Part shown: piece after piece, positions 12,652-26,747 of the stretch | Position numbering within the stretch: the stretch's first letter is position 1 | How the letters are laid out: every line of letters begins with the position of its first letter | NCBI GenBank assembly: GCA_910592345.1 | Contig: CAJVPI010000225.1 | Location: forward strand, 1-41,104 | Length of the DNA: 41,104 nt | From: Paraglomus brasilianum | Lineage: Eukaryota | Direction: 5' to 3' | Made by a program: the position numbers and the translations under genes | Notes under the pieces: model-generated | The model's input: only the letters and a program-made list of their open reading frames with translations | Databases searched by the model: none | Told to the model about the DNA's origin: nothing

Positions 12652-13526
12652 CGAAATTCGCTCACTCGCTCACTAGCACACTCCTGGCACACTCCTGGCA
12701 CACTCCTAGCACATACTCACTAAGCATATTTTGTTATTATATTTTGTACAGTTTTTGTTACCGTATTTATCACCGCACATATATAATTATTGTATATCAC
12801 TCCGGGTTAGGTTACTTGCTATTATCGCTATTATCTATACCGTCCATTTTTGACCGTCTTTATCTGCTATTAGCCAGATTGCCATACACAGTATAGCACC
12901 CATTTCCTGTTTCGGTTTCTCATTCCAAATTAAGTCTCCCTCTGCAACACCCCCTCAAATTTCATACTCGCAATTTTCATACAACTATATTTTCATTCCA
13001 CACACGTTCACCCAACACATATAGACTCAACTGTCATATAGTCTACGGGTGCATTCCTGTACACATAGAACATACGAGAATGTAAGTATGTCTTTACTTT
13101 TACTAGACGAAAAATACCCATAAAAATGTCGGAGAATTTGTCAATATAATGTTCTAAACATATTACATATCATTGTAACATGTTACGCGATAATCCCCAA
13201 CGCTACAATTAGACCCCGTCTAGCAACCGCGCATTTACACCCACAAAGCGTTCTTACACACAGACGACTAAACGCCTGCACCAATACCTATAACTGCATA
13301 CTCTCCACATACCCGTCTGTACAATATAATGTCGGTTATGTGTTAACTAACCTACATTTCTAAAAAGTATCGTCGCTTTTTCTACATACTCAATCGTTCT
13401 GCTACACAACTCTTGTCGAGACAACTACTTACATTACCGCTAAATATTTTACCATCCATACTTAGGACAGACCAAAACACATCTACACAAATACCCATCA
13501 CATTTAATACCTCTCGTCGAACATCA

Positions 13527-14589
13527 ATGTCATTATCATCCATACTCAACACTGAAGCATCGACAGGCGCATCCAAAGACACTTATGATAACACTTGGCG
13601 TCGATTCTCAGCACCCGATATAGCCACCGCATTATCCTCTCACTCATCCTCCATGACTTCGTCCACTACCGCCTCATCCCCATCCTCCTCCTCCGACCTG
13701 ACCATAATAAATTACTATCAACCTCGTCCAAAAGCCGACCAATCTGTGATGACACCGCCACAGACCCCGGGGCTCAAATCCCCAACAAGCTTTGGGTTTC
13801 CATCGAATGCGGACGATGCGGAGGGAGCAGGCCAAAAGGATTCTAGAGGCCACATGAGACGGAGATCATTGCCCCAGCCACAGCGTCGACAACATACTAT
13901 ACAATTTCAACAAAAAGTAAGAAGGAAGAGGACTACGCCTGAGCAGCTGGAGGATCTGCTGGCAATGTTTCAGCAGACTGATACGCCTAATTATGAAATT
14001 AGAGAGAGTCTGGCCAAGAAACTGGGAATGACCAACAGAGAAGTTCAGGTAAAAATAAAAGTGGATGAATAAATAAATCTAATATTATGTTTTGCGATAT
14101 GTTTATTCAACGGACCACATTCAATTCCCTGATTGCCCCACTCCACCTTCAGGTATGGTTCCAAAACCGCCGCGCAAAGACGAATCGTGCGAAAGCAAGC
14201 GATAACTCTAGCCCGTACCAACACCACCGCTTTCTGCACCATCACGCGATTTCTCCGTCTCAAGCTGGAAGTAGCGGACACGCGTCTTCCCCTTCGACAC
14301 ATCATGGAGGATACACGTTCGTACCAATGTTCACCAACGGTTCTCCTTCGTCCTCGTCCGCCAAAGGCCGAAGCGCGAGGAGACATTCGTATCAACACCC
14401 GGGAACTGCAGTTGCAAAGAGAGTTGGAAACAGACCGAGAGCAACAACGGTTAGTGGTGTTACGCCAGTCGTCGAAAATGGAATAGGAATTAATAGTGTC
14501 GAGAATGTAGCAAGAATGCAAATGCAGAGAAGCAACCAGCAGTTGCAGTATAACAACAACAACAACAACAGCCAATTTTCACAGGGCTT

Positions 14590-14631
<42 letters not shown>

Positions 14632-15541
14632 ACTACACCAGGGAAAGGTTGCTATAATGCCTCCACCGCCAATCAAGATCCTCCCGCTCACCGCAGCCAA
14701 CTCACAACCGACTTCTCCATCCCTTGCGCTCGCTTCTCTATTTGCCCAGCCGTCCCCGCAATCACATCCCACGACTCCACGTCATCTTCATCCGTCAATG
14801 AATACCTCTTACTCGTCGTTTCCGCACCTATACGCATCGACCACCACCACCACCACCACCATCGCCGCTTCAACTCAACTTCCTCCAATCTCACCCATTT
14901 CACCTGTAACGCCCGAGTCTCCATTCACCTTGGGCGATGCCGCAACGCCCCTTTTGCCGCGTCCGAGAAATCCGAGTAGCGGCCAGGGTAATTCGGGTGT
15001 CGTTTTGCCTTCGTTCAAAGATATTGCTAATGCATATCGTGAGACCACTGAAGGAGATGGACCGAAAACAGAGACCATGGAGTTGGAGGGATACGAGGAT
15101 GACTTGTCTAATGCAAGAGACGGTATTGATGTGCTAGCTACGGCCGCAAAATATTTGTTGGATCGCGAAGAGCTAAAAGGAAAACGACAAAAACTTGCTC
15201 AGGATAATAGTAACAAAGATGGTGGCGACGGCGATAGCCGTGAGGCGTCTGAGCGACTTTGTGATAATGGGAGTGGTAATAGCAGTGGTAATGAAGTAAT
15301 AGGAGGCGGTGGACGTGCGGAAGAAAATGCAGGGTCAGAAGAGGAAATGCACGATCGTGCAGAGAACTGTGACGGCGAGTGCGCGTTAGCATTGGGAAAG
15401 AGGAAACGTCGAGATGGCTCCAACGAGAATGATGATGATTATGATGATGCTGGCCTAGATGGTCACGATTGTCAAAGCGAAAAGTCGGACGCAGTTGGCC
15501 ACCCAGACGGTAAACGTCCGTCTAGACCTTGGTTGTTGTGA
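13527..15541 (+). CDS. Homeodomain transcription factor, 2 exons (intron 14049..14152)
   Basis: RRKRTTPEQLEDLLAMFQQTDTPNYEIRESLAKKLGMTNREVQ|VWFQNRRAK; GT..AG intron splits helix 3 in phase 0; ATG 13527 (MSLSSILN); polyQ, polyN and polyT tracts; stop at 15539-15541. Confidence 0.95.
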
Positions 15542-15548
15542 TGATGAA

Positions 15549-15566
15549 CGCGCGCGCGCGCGCGCG
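15549..15566. repeat. (CG)9 dinucleotide tract just after the homeobox stop codon
   Basis: CGCGCGCGCGCGCGCGCG. Confidence 0.95.
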
Positions 15567-16898
15567 AGGAGTCGTGGTTTTCACAAAAACAAAAAAAAAA
15601 AAAAAGACGATGCTGATCGAGGGTGGCGGTTTTATGTGCCTATATTTCCCCCACCCGTTATTAAAAATGGTTTCTTTTTTTGGTTCTTTTTCCCTTTGGT
15701 CTTATTTTTCTTTCCAAAACGCTGGTTCCTCTCGATATTTAAAAAAACAAAAAGTTCGCTTATTGCATACATTATCTTAGACTTGCTTTTACGAATATAC
15801 AGATACAATATATAAATGTTTTTTCTTTTTTACCTCAATCATTTTTCGCTTTCTGTTGTAGTAAGTAATAGTCTGTAGCCTATTGTGTTTTATTATTATA
15901 TCAACTTTTTACATTACTACATATTGTTTTTTTTTCTCGACAAACAAAGAACAATTAAAAACTTTTGCAGGTAAAAATATTTCTAGATTTACCTGCATTT
16001 CTAGCGTTTTTTTTTTTCGCATTCAATTTTGCCATTCCGGATAATCTTTTTGCGGTTTTCTTTACTTTTCTTTTTCTAACCTCTGTTGGATTAAATCCGA
16101 GTCGAATAATATATCGTATCATTTATTGTACTCTCAGATTTCCTTTTTTTTTTCTCTTGTACAAACTTTTTCTTTCTCTTTTGTAAAATGGAAAATTTTT
16201 TTTCATTGTCTTCTGTGTTCGTGTTTGTGTTTGTGTTTGTGTTGTGTTTGTGTTGTGTTTGTTTATTTTCTTTTTCTTACAAAAAAACCAAAATTCTTTG
16301 TTGTTTTGGATGAGAATTTGAATACGCAGTTCTATATGTTATAATCTAACCACTTCTTGTCCAAATTTCTTGTATTTTTCCTGTTGGGTGTCTTTCTCTT
16401 TTTTTTTTTTCCTTGGGATTTTTTTCCTCCTTTTTTCATTATCCTTCTTTCCCTTGTATATAAATTTTCTCTATCAGAGGAAGCTCTTTTTTTTAAAGGT
16501 ATGAATACATTTTTCAGTTTCAAACAATTTTGGATTAAATTATTATTACCTCTGTAGCAATCCCCTTCACCCTTTTGTTTTTTCTTTATTGTAGACAAAC
16601 ATCCAATTTGCTTGATTAGAAAGATCACCAAATTTTTCTTGTTTTGTGTTTGTACGTTAACTGTTTTTTGTTATCGTTCGTCGTTTCATTTCTTTTAGAT
16701 CATCAATATATAAGCCGCTCGTCACCCATAGTTTTACTTCTAGCAAGTTTTGGTGACTTTGGTGCGGACCACAAGCCAATGGACAATTCCTGAAATAAAA
16801 AGTTCCGAATTATATTTAAAAATACTACCATGTTCCACGTTATATGGAGTTTGAAAGTGGTAGGAGTGAAATCCCTATCCAAACAGAAATGGCATATA

Positions 16899-17055
16899 CA
16901 ATGTGAACCCCGTTACAACGAAGAGGGCGGTAAAAAATACTGGAAAATTCGAGGTTTACATAGTAAATTCAGTTTAACGGGTATTGCTGGTTTTGACCCT
17001 ATCTTCGTTATAACGGGGTATCACTTAGTGCTTCGTTATAACGGGGTTGATTTTG
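16899..17055. mobile_element. pogo-like MITE
   Basis: TA|CAATGTGAACCCCGTTACAACGAAG ... CTTCGTTATAACGGGGTTGATTTTG|TA imperfect TIRs; internal duplicate of CTTCGTTATAACGGGG. Confidence 0.75.
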
Positions 17056-17183
17056 TATACTTTTATCGATTCAACCAAAATACTCGGTAAATTTATTAGA
17101 TTCGGTTTCTTTCATTCTTTCAATTTATTTTATTATAGCTAAATGCAATTTTTAAAAGAACACAGTCGTACTCAACATCCTCA

Positions 17184-20246
<3,063 letters not shown>

Positions 20247-20503
20247 TATGATGTTGTATTTATGAGAAAGGAAAAAAAACTCTTCTTCCGAGAAGAAAAA
20301 GAAAATTTTTTGGGTTTAGATCAAAAAGCAGGAATGTTGTGTGGGAGACTGAGAGTAAAAATTGAAGAAGAAAATTTTTTGGGTTCAGATCGAAAAGCAT
20401 GGAATGAAAATCTGTAATCTAAGTCACGTGAAATCAAGAGGATCGATAAATGAACCAAGTACAGTCACTGTAGTACGAATATTTATTTTCCATTGCGCGC
20501 CTC
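20247..20503. promoter_or_regulatory. Bidirectional promoter SSC1/EAF7 with an internal ~45-bp direct duplication and a GTCACGTG box
   Basis: GAAAATTTTTTGGGTTYAGATCRAAAAGCA..GGAATG at ~20301 and ~20370; GTCACGTGA at 20423. Confidence 0.7.
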
Positions 20504-21521
20504 ATGACGGAACAATCTAGTCAATTCGAGGCATTGTCCCTAACGGAACATGATCTCGGAATCCAACGGCGCCGCGGCGACGGATCAACAACCTCAGAAG
20601 TGTCAACTTCAGCTTCGTCACCGGGAATCCATTGGGATCCTAAAATGGAGATCGCCCTTTTCAACGCTGTTATGAAGAATAAACCTGTGGGTACGGTACG
20701 GAATTATTTTTGGTCTATCCGAGTAGTCTGATTAGGCTAACTGTTTATGCGTATGTTCTTTCCTCAAGGCATGCACAAGCATTTCCGCATGCTTAATATA
20801 CACAGAGATTTTAATGCAAACAGCCCAGTAAAGCTTACAATACCAGAACTTTGGGAGAGATTATCTCAGTATTTTGCTTTGGATCTGTTAGACGATATGG
20901 TGAAGATATATTTAGGCACAGATTAAAAATATTCCGATCGAATCTATTAACATGCTTTTTGTTTCACACCAGGAGTATGAGTACGAGGACGAGGACAATG
21001 AAACGAATTCGCTAACCGAATTCAGTTTACCAAATGAAGAATATGATCATCTTATACCAGATCAGAGAAAACCATCCACGTCTCGTGGGAGCACACCACC
21101 ACCAATACAGACGAGGCCTGGTAGGAGGCGTGACTCTTCCCCGACACCCTCCAGTACGCCTTCCTCAGTAACAACGCCCGAAACAGAAGGTCGGATGTTT
21201 TTATCTTTATCCATGTCTGTTAGTATTTTAACCATACTTTGTTTATAATGCTCCCGATCTTGCTGTTAATCAGAGGCCGCAACAAGGAAGCCAAAACGTC
21301 CAACGCGTGCTCCAAAGAAATCGGAACTAAACGAACCGCCCACACCAACGAGGATGGCTGCACGTCGTGGTCGTGGCCGACGTCCATCAGATACTTCGGC
21401 TAGCGCGGCTGCGACTACCGGCCCGACCTCTGGAGGTTTGCCTAAGCGTGGTCGGGTAAAAAGGTTGGCCGATGATATATTTCGAAATGTCTATTTGAGC
21501 AAGGCTTTTGTAAGCCTTTAA
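20504..21521 (+). CDS. EAF7: NuA4 complex subunit Eaf7/MRGBP, multi-exon
   Basis: WDPKMEIALFNAVMKNKPVG|MHKHFRMLNI...TIPELWERLSQYFALDLLDDM|...EFSLP; basic disordered tail. The 3' end may instead splice to ~21661-21670. Confidence 0.9.
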
Positions 21522-21959
21522 AACTTGAGAAGAGAGCCAGAACTTATAAAAACCAAAACTTAGAAAAATTTCACTGCTAACGTGTTTTATTGTCGTCCTT
21601 TAATACTTTTTCTTTTTTTCCTATCGAACATTAATCTTGTGATTTTTGGACAACCATTAGTAAACAGTAGCCGTTCCTACAACTGAGCCATATATGACTC
21701 AATCGGTATTACGCAATCGAAACAATTTATTCCAACGCTTTGCTTTCTCTGTAAAACGATCTATTGCGCGTTGTGTGGAGAAATAACAAGTAATCTGATT
21801 GTATCTATAAACGTCGTTACCTTTACGTTAAGGTTCGGTGGAAGGGGAAGAAAGGTTGGAGCTATATCGAAATAAAAATACACTTTCTGTATGGATAAAG
21901 GTCTATTGGGTTGCTTGTCCTACAGAACCCAGGTATTAGTATTTTCATTCAACTCGTTT

Positions 21960-22400
21960 GTCATTTAGCTATTTAGTATTCTTACGTTTTGTATTAACAG
22001 ATTTAAAATAAGCCGAATAAAGCGAATTGAACAAAAACCGTTATTCACAGAGAATGTTTTCGATAGAGGAGCATATGTTCTAATTCGAGGATGTGGGAGT
22101 TCCCTGCACAATAACAATTCGTAGAATTTGTTGCTTATACGTAGGGTGTCTGAAAAGTTTTGACAATATATTTATTTCTTGAAGATGTGCATCTCAATTG
22201 TTTTCGTAAATTTGATATCTGATTTTTTAAATCATCAATTTCATTCTCTTGATCAATAATTGCATAAGTTTACGAATTTTTCTCTCATTCGTACGATTTA
22301 TGTCTACCTCGTGATTTAACTCATTTCGCAATTCTATATTTGTTTGCGCGAGTTGCACCGGTGCTGGGTCCAACTGATTTCCATTATATGCTTGTAAAAA
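21960..22400 (-). pseudogene. Decayed element-associated ORF fragments (coiled-coil ELRNELNHEVDINRTNERKIRKL; HPTYKQQILRIVIVQGTP)
   Basis: Protein-like stretches broken by stops and frameshifts, head-to-head with the integrase-like fragment. Confidence 0.4.
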
Positions 22401-22462
22401 AAATGCGAAATGAATGCTGGAGTATGTAGTATAAATTATTTCTGCATTCAATAATATTAAAA

Positions 22463-22693
22463 ATGAGTAACCCAACCATATATATAGATCCCGGTGAGGA
22501 AATAGCTCTATGTTGCGGGCTTATATTCTATCAGCCTACCGGTTATCACTCTAATCCTCGGAGCTTGTGGAAGGATCTTGCACGGGAAGGATTTCAATTT
22601 CCATTCGAGATCAGAATGAATGGCAAAAATACGCTCCACCGCCGAAAGATACGCTTAGCTAAAGTCCTCGATTATTTAAACGCGTCTCATTAG
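22463..22693 (+). mobile_element. N-terminal fragment of a Polinton/Maverick (Adintovirus-type) retroviral-like integrase
   Basis: IFYQPTGYHSNPRSLWKDL...FPF then a frameshift to DQNEWQKYAPPPKD; resembles the IYY.P.GY...W...Q..WQ.Y.P.P N-terminus of Polinton integrases. The catalytic core is absent. Confidence 0.6.
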
Positions 22694-23932
22694 AGCTCCG
22701 GGATCTTTGGGCATGGAAACCCAGAAAGAGCCACAGTTAGAAGATCAATTGATTTGTAATAATTGTTGAAGTTGGTGATACGAGTAACAGATGTCCGATT
22801 GCTGATATTAATATGACAAAAGCAGACAATTATTGATCTAATTAACACGTAATGTGTAGGGGCTACCCATGACTCTTATTTTGAAAAAATGGTACTTACG
22901 TACCTGAATCATCCCTATAGGCCTGCTTTGCAATAAAAAGTTCTGGCAATTTCTGGTCCTTTACCGTCCAAGTCTATAAATAAATTCTGATCTGTGATTT
23001 TTTATATAAAAAGGCGGAGAAATAATATCTGTGACCCCTTTACTCCTTCGTTATAATGATTAGCGATTGGGAGGGATAAAACATTTAACAAACTTTAATA
23101 AATCTTACCCACGATAAATAAAAAGATTCATAGTTACAAGTTCGGTAGCACGAAGGAATGATTTGCAAGAAAGTCAAATCTGTACCCAAATCCTTGCCGA
23201 TCAATATGCGACGCGCTATGGTTCTTTTTCCTGTCCGTACTTACGAGTCATAAGGCAGACATATCTGTATAATGAAGTAAGAAAGGTTTGCCGATGATTT
23301 TTATAACGATATAACTTGTCCCAGACCGCCAGAAATTAGATAAAGTCTACTTGTTGATTATTAATCGTTTATATTTTGGGGATTAAAAAATCTTTTCTGA
23401 CGATCACCTGTTTTTGCGAATGCACCATTTTCATTTTTTCGTTATAGTTCCCGAGAAAATAGGATCCACGTACTCCCTCCCTCTTTGATAGCATCATATT
23501 TTATCTGTTTCTCTAACATTTCTGATTAGTTATACGTATCTAAAAAATAATCAATAAAGCATAAAGAAAATCACGTGACTGCCACTTTTTTTCCGCTATA
23601 TTACCTCAGAGAATAAAAGTTCCTCGCGATAGGTATTACCTTGACAATTTCTTTTTAGCAAACATAGTAGCATTAATCCTATAAAGCGTGTAAATTCTGG
23701 ATATTTCTTGAATATTTTGAGACAACGCCACCGGAAAAATACCGATTTCTCGATTATTACCAGTATTGTAAAAGCCGGGATGGTTTCGCAGGTACTTTTT
23801 GCCAAGAAGCAAAAAGACTTCAAGTTGCCTTGGAACACCTGGTGAAAAATGAATCGGATTTAAGGAAACAAAAAGCTCAATGTTTGCTTGATGTTTTTGA
23901 GGCGAGTATCTTTTTTCATTTCATTTTGATTA

Positions 23933-24180
23933 CTGGCAAACAGTATGGAGGGCCCTGTTAAGTCCTGAGAAAGGGAACATACTTCCACGACTACGGTGAG
24001 CGCGTACGCTCCGCTCACTTTATGGCGTTCATTAGATCCCGTTGTGGTCTACAAGTTTTGTAGAGGTGGGGGCCTCCAGCAGTCCTGAGAAGGGGTAACA
24101 CTCACACAACTATGGCGGGTGCCTATGTACCACCCGACCTTACGGCGTTCATTAGATCCCGTTGTGGTCTGCTTTGCCAG
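23933..24180 (+). repeat. Tandem pair of 120-nt structured units (candidate ncRNA or retroelement terminal structure)
   Basis: AGTCCTGAGAA at 23961 and 24081; GGCGTTCATTAGATCCCGTTGTGGTCT at 24024 and 24144; the diverged middles keep hairpins. Confidence 0.8.
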
Positions 24181-24489
24181 GGGGTTGCCTGCTTTCCAGT
24201 GAGGATAAGATAGCAACAAATTGTGTATTATAAATCTTGTAGAACCATCGAAAAAAGAACGCGGATATCGATAAATTCTGGAATGAAGCTGAAGGGGAAT
24301 CTCTGGATATAGAGCATGCCAAAGAAAGAAAAAAAACAATTACGGCTGGACCAGGTCAATAATTTATACTTACTTTGATTATGAAAAATGTCAATACGGA
24401 GTTGGTATGGCAATTTACATGTAACATTGTTAAAAATGATCTACTAATTCAACAAACTTTATGGTTTATTCGTAGGTCGAGTCAGCTAC

Positions 24490-25035
24490 TTATTAATAGC
24501 ATCGACCCATTTGTATGCGATTTTGGCCTCTCACGATCAGTAAATTCACGCGAGTCAAATTCAACCATTCGAGGCACTTTACCCTATATTGCACCGGAAG
24601 TCTTCCATACTCTCAAATTTACTCAAAAGTCAGATGTGTATTCTTTTGGTATTATTATGCATTTGATGGCCACTGGTGAACCACCATTTAGAGATAGGCA
24701 GTTTGATACAAGTTTAATATGTGAGATTATGGATGGACTACAACCACCAATGCCTGATTATGCACCAGAAGAATACAAGAAACTTGGCGATGGTGTTGTG
24801 ATGCTGATCCTGATGAGTGTCCAGATGCAAAGACACTTTGGCATGATATTTGCAAGCTTATTGAAGAGTTAGACAAGGACCATTCTGATGACAACACGTG
24901 AAATGCCGTTTATCATAATGATGTAAAACCCTTATCATGTCTTGAGAAGGAGAGTAAATATTTTAGTACACTTTTACCTACCAGAGATCTGCCAAAACTG
25001 AGAAATAGCTACGATTTGGATTCAGCTGCAGAGCA
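24490..25035 (+). pseudogene. Tyrosine-kinase-like protein kinase pseudogene (C-lobe only), Glomeromycotina-type expansion family
   Basis: CDFGLS...RGTLPYIAPEV...KSDVYSFGIIM...TGEPPF; frameshift near 24788 to WCCDADPD; in-frame TGA near 24899; no N-lobe or HRD. Confidence 0.88.
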
Positions 25036-25319
25036 TCTGGTTACATGTTGATATAAATGAAGTCAATTTACAATATTAATATGTTCCATTGTTCTATAAT
25101 TTAATGACTCAAACTTTCGAATAAACTTGTAATTTGCTTTTAGTGGTAGTCTTTTCTAAAAAAAAACAAGTGCTCTGCTCACTTTTTGGGTAATTTAATG
25201 GTTACAGTTTGGTAAACTTTTTTCTCTTGGCCAAGAAATTAGTAAAAAATGAAAAAGGCCAGAATGGGAGTTAAAAAAACATGAAATCATGGTTTATTTA
25301 CAGTTAACAAGTTTTCATG

Positions 25320-25520
25320 TTAGGGCCAGTCCATAACTTGGAGAACATTCTCCTAAGGTTAATTTAAACTGCCAATTTCTTTCCAATAGCATTTGCTTAA
25401 TTACAGGAATACAATCTTGCAGAATATTAACATAAAATTGAGTAATTATGTTTTCGTTGTTTCACCAATAGTACAATTTGTGTTGACGCCGCAGTATGCC
25501 ATATATGTACACTTCCGTTA
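25320..25520 (-). mobile_element. Tc1-like transposase DDE-domain remnant
   Basis: Fragments SVHIW, FYVNILQDCIP and ENVLQVMDWP in Tc1 order. Confidence 0.55.
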
Positions 25521-25795
25521 GGTCATGTTTTCATCGTTATAGCAAGTTATCGTTAATATCAAGAATTATAAAAAAGATTCAATGATAATACAAACTACAT
25601 TCTGGTCGTCTAACGTTGACTGTTTCTTATTGGTGACATGATGTTTTAGCACTTCTTTTCATAAGGAGCGTACTGTTAATATAGTATTTGCATCGCAATT
25701 AAAACCTGAACGAGAAAATTAAACACATTACCAATATAAATATTGAATAATTTTTCTGTTAAAGATCATAATGTTTATTATTTGGCCGTACAAAA

Positions 25796-26096
25796 ATGTC
25801 ACGCAATAAACTTCATCAATCTCACGCTGAAAAGCTTGATCGGTGCGAAATGTTCGTTTATCACATTGACGAGTGTAGAGATTTAACGGTCTCAATTCGA
25901 CGCCCAATGGCCTTTCAATTTGCTGGTCAGCGGACGAACTAAATCAGGAAAAACGAATATGATTGTCAGTCTTCTACTTGGAGACAAGATGTATCGGATG
26001 TTTAACGGAAAAAAAGGCGGAGCACGCTATATAAAAAATGACGAGTTGATACTGTTAGACGTTATACAAAAAATTGGCGTAATGCTGTTGATGTAA
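25796..26096 (+). mobile_element. A32/FtsK-HerA-type packaging ATPase fragment (Polinton/Maverick-like)
   Basis: Not in the ORF track. ATG 25796 (MSRNKLHQ...MFVYHIDE), frameshift near 25890, then [29 protein letters not shown] (Walker A GxxxSGKT preceded by PF-hydrophobic strand); truncated at TAA 26094. Confidence 0.72.
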
Positions 26097-26099
26097 TCG

Positions 26100-26590
26100 A
26101 TAAGAATTTGCAGGGTCGGCGGTTCATTGTAATTGACTTGACTAGAGTGAAAGAGTATCCTCTGTACATTCGGTTGCTTTGAAATTAGAGGAATAGAATA
26201 AGATTCACGATAAATAGGTACGTGAAGTGGTAACACAGCGCAATATTTTGTAGTGTAAGGCTTGTTGGTGAGGACAATGTTTTCACACCAGGGACATGAA
26301 GAGCCTTCTGGGGCATATTGTTGGACACTGATCCCTACTGGCAGGCGGAGATGAGATATTTTCCACCAGAGGTCAGTACTTGAGTTTTGAATGTTCCTTC
26401 AAAGCTCCAAAAGAGCGGTATCCATTTGATAAATGATTAAATAAGAGCTGATGCATGAAATGTAAATAGGGTTGTCTTACCTTGTTATATTCTTTATCGA
26501 GCAGCTCTTGGTTAATAACCATATTTTTTCCCCCGAAACCCGTTTTCTTCATTTGCAGGGTCAAAATTGATGTTTCAAGTACTTCTTCTC
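26100..26590 (-). mobile_element. Non-LTR retrotransposon ORF2 C-terminal (zf-RVT) remnant
   Basis: DLWWKISHLRLPVG...CPWC motif typical of the zinc-binding region after the RT in L1/Tx1-like LINEs. Confidence 0.6.
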
Positions 26591-26593
26591 TCA

Positions 26594-26747
26594 GGGTCCG
26601 TATTATTTCATCGACAATCATTTCACCGACAGTACATTTCACCGACAATTAACTACCAAAAAAGGATAACTTCGAAATAATGTTGGTGAAGATTTGTCGG
26701 TGAAATGATTGTCGGTGAAATAATTGTCGACGAAATGATTGCCTCCC
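26594..26747. mobile_element. MITE with 15-bp subterminal repeats and 8-9 bp TSD (MULE/hAT-type)
   Basis: ATTTCACCGACA repeats on the left, TGTCGGTGAAAT on the right; TTCTCTCA duplicated at 26586-26593 and 26748-26755. Confidence 0.88.

Noticed and set aside
12479..12896. ORFs with MVGE/WLVR repeats
   Set aside because: Translation of the 12-bp minisatellite; no coding evidence.
14045..15423. Poly-Cys, poly-Trp and poly-Leu ORFs
   Set aside because: Alternative frames of CAG/CAA/ACC triplet tracts in the homeobox gene.
15529..16631. Phe- or Lys-rich ORFs
   Set aside because: Products of T/A-rich 3'UTR low-complexity sequence.
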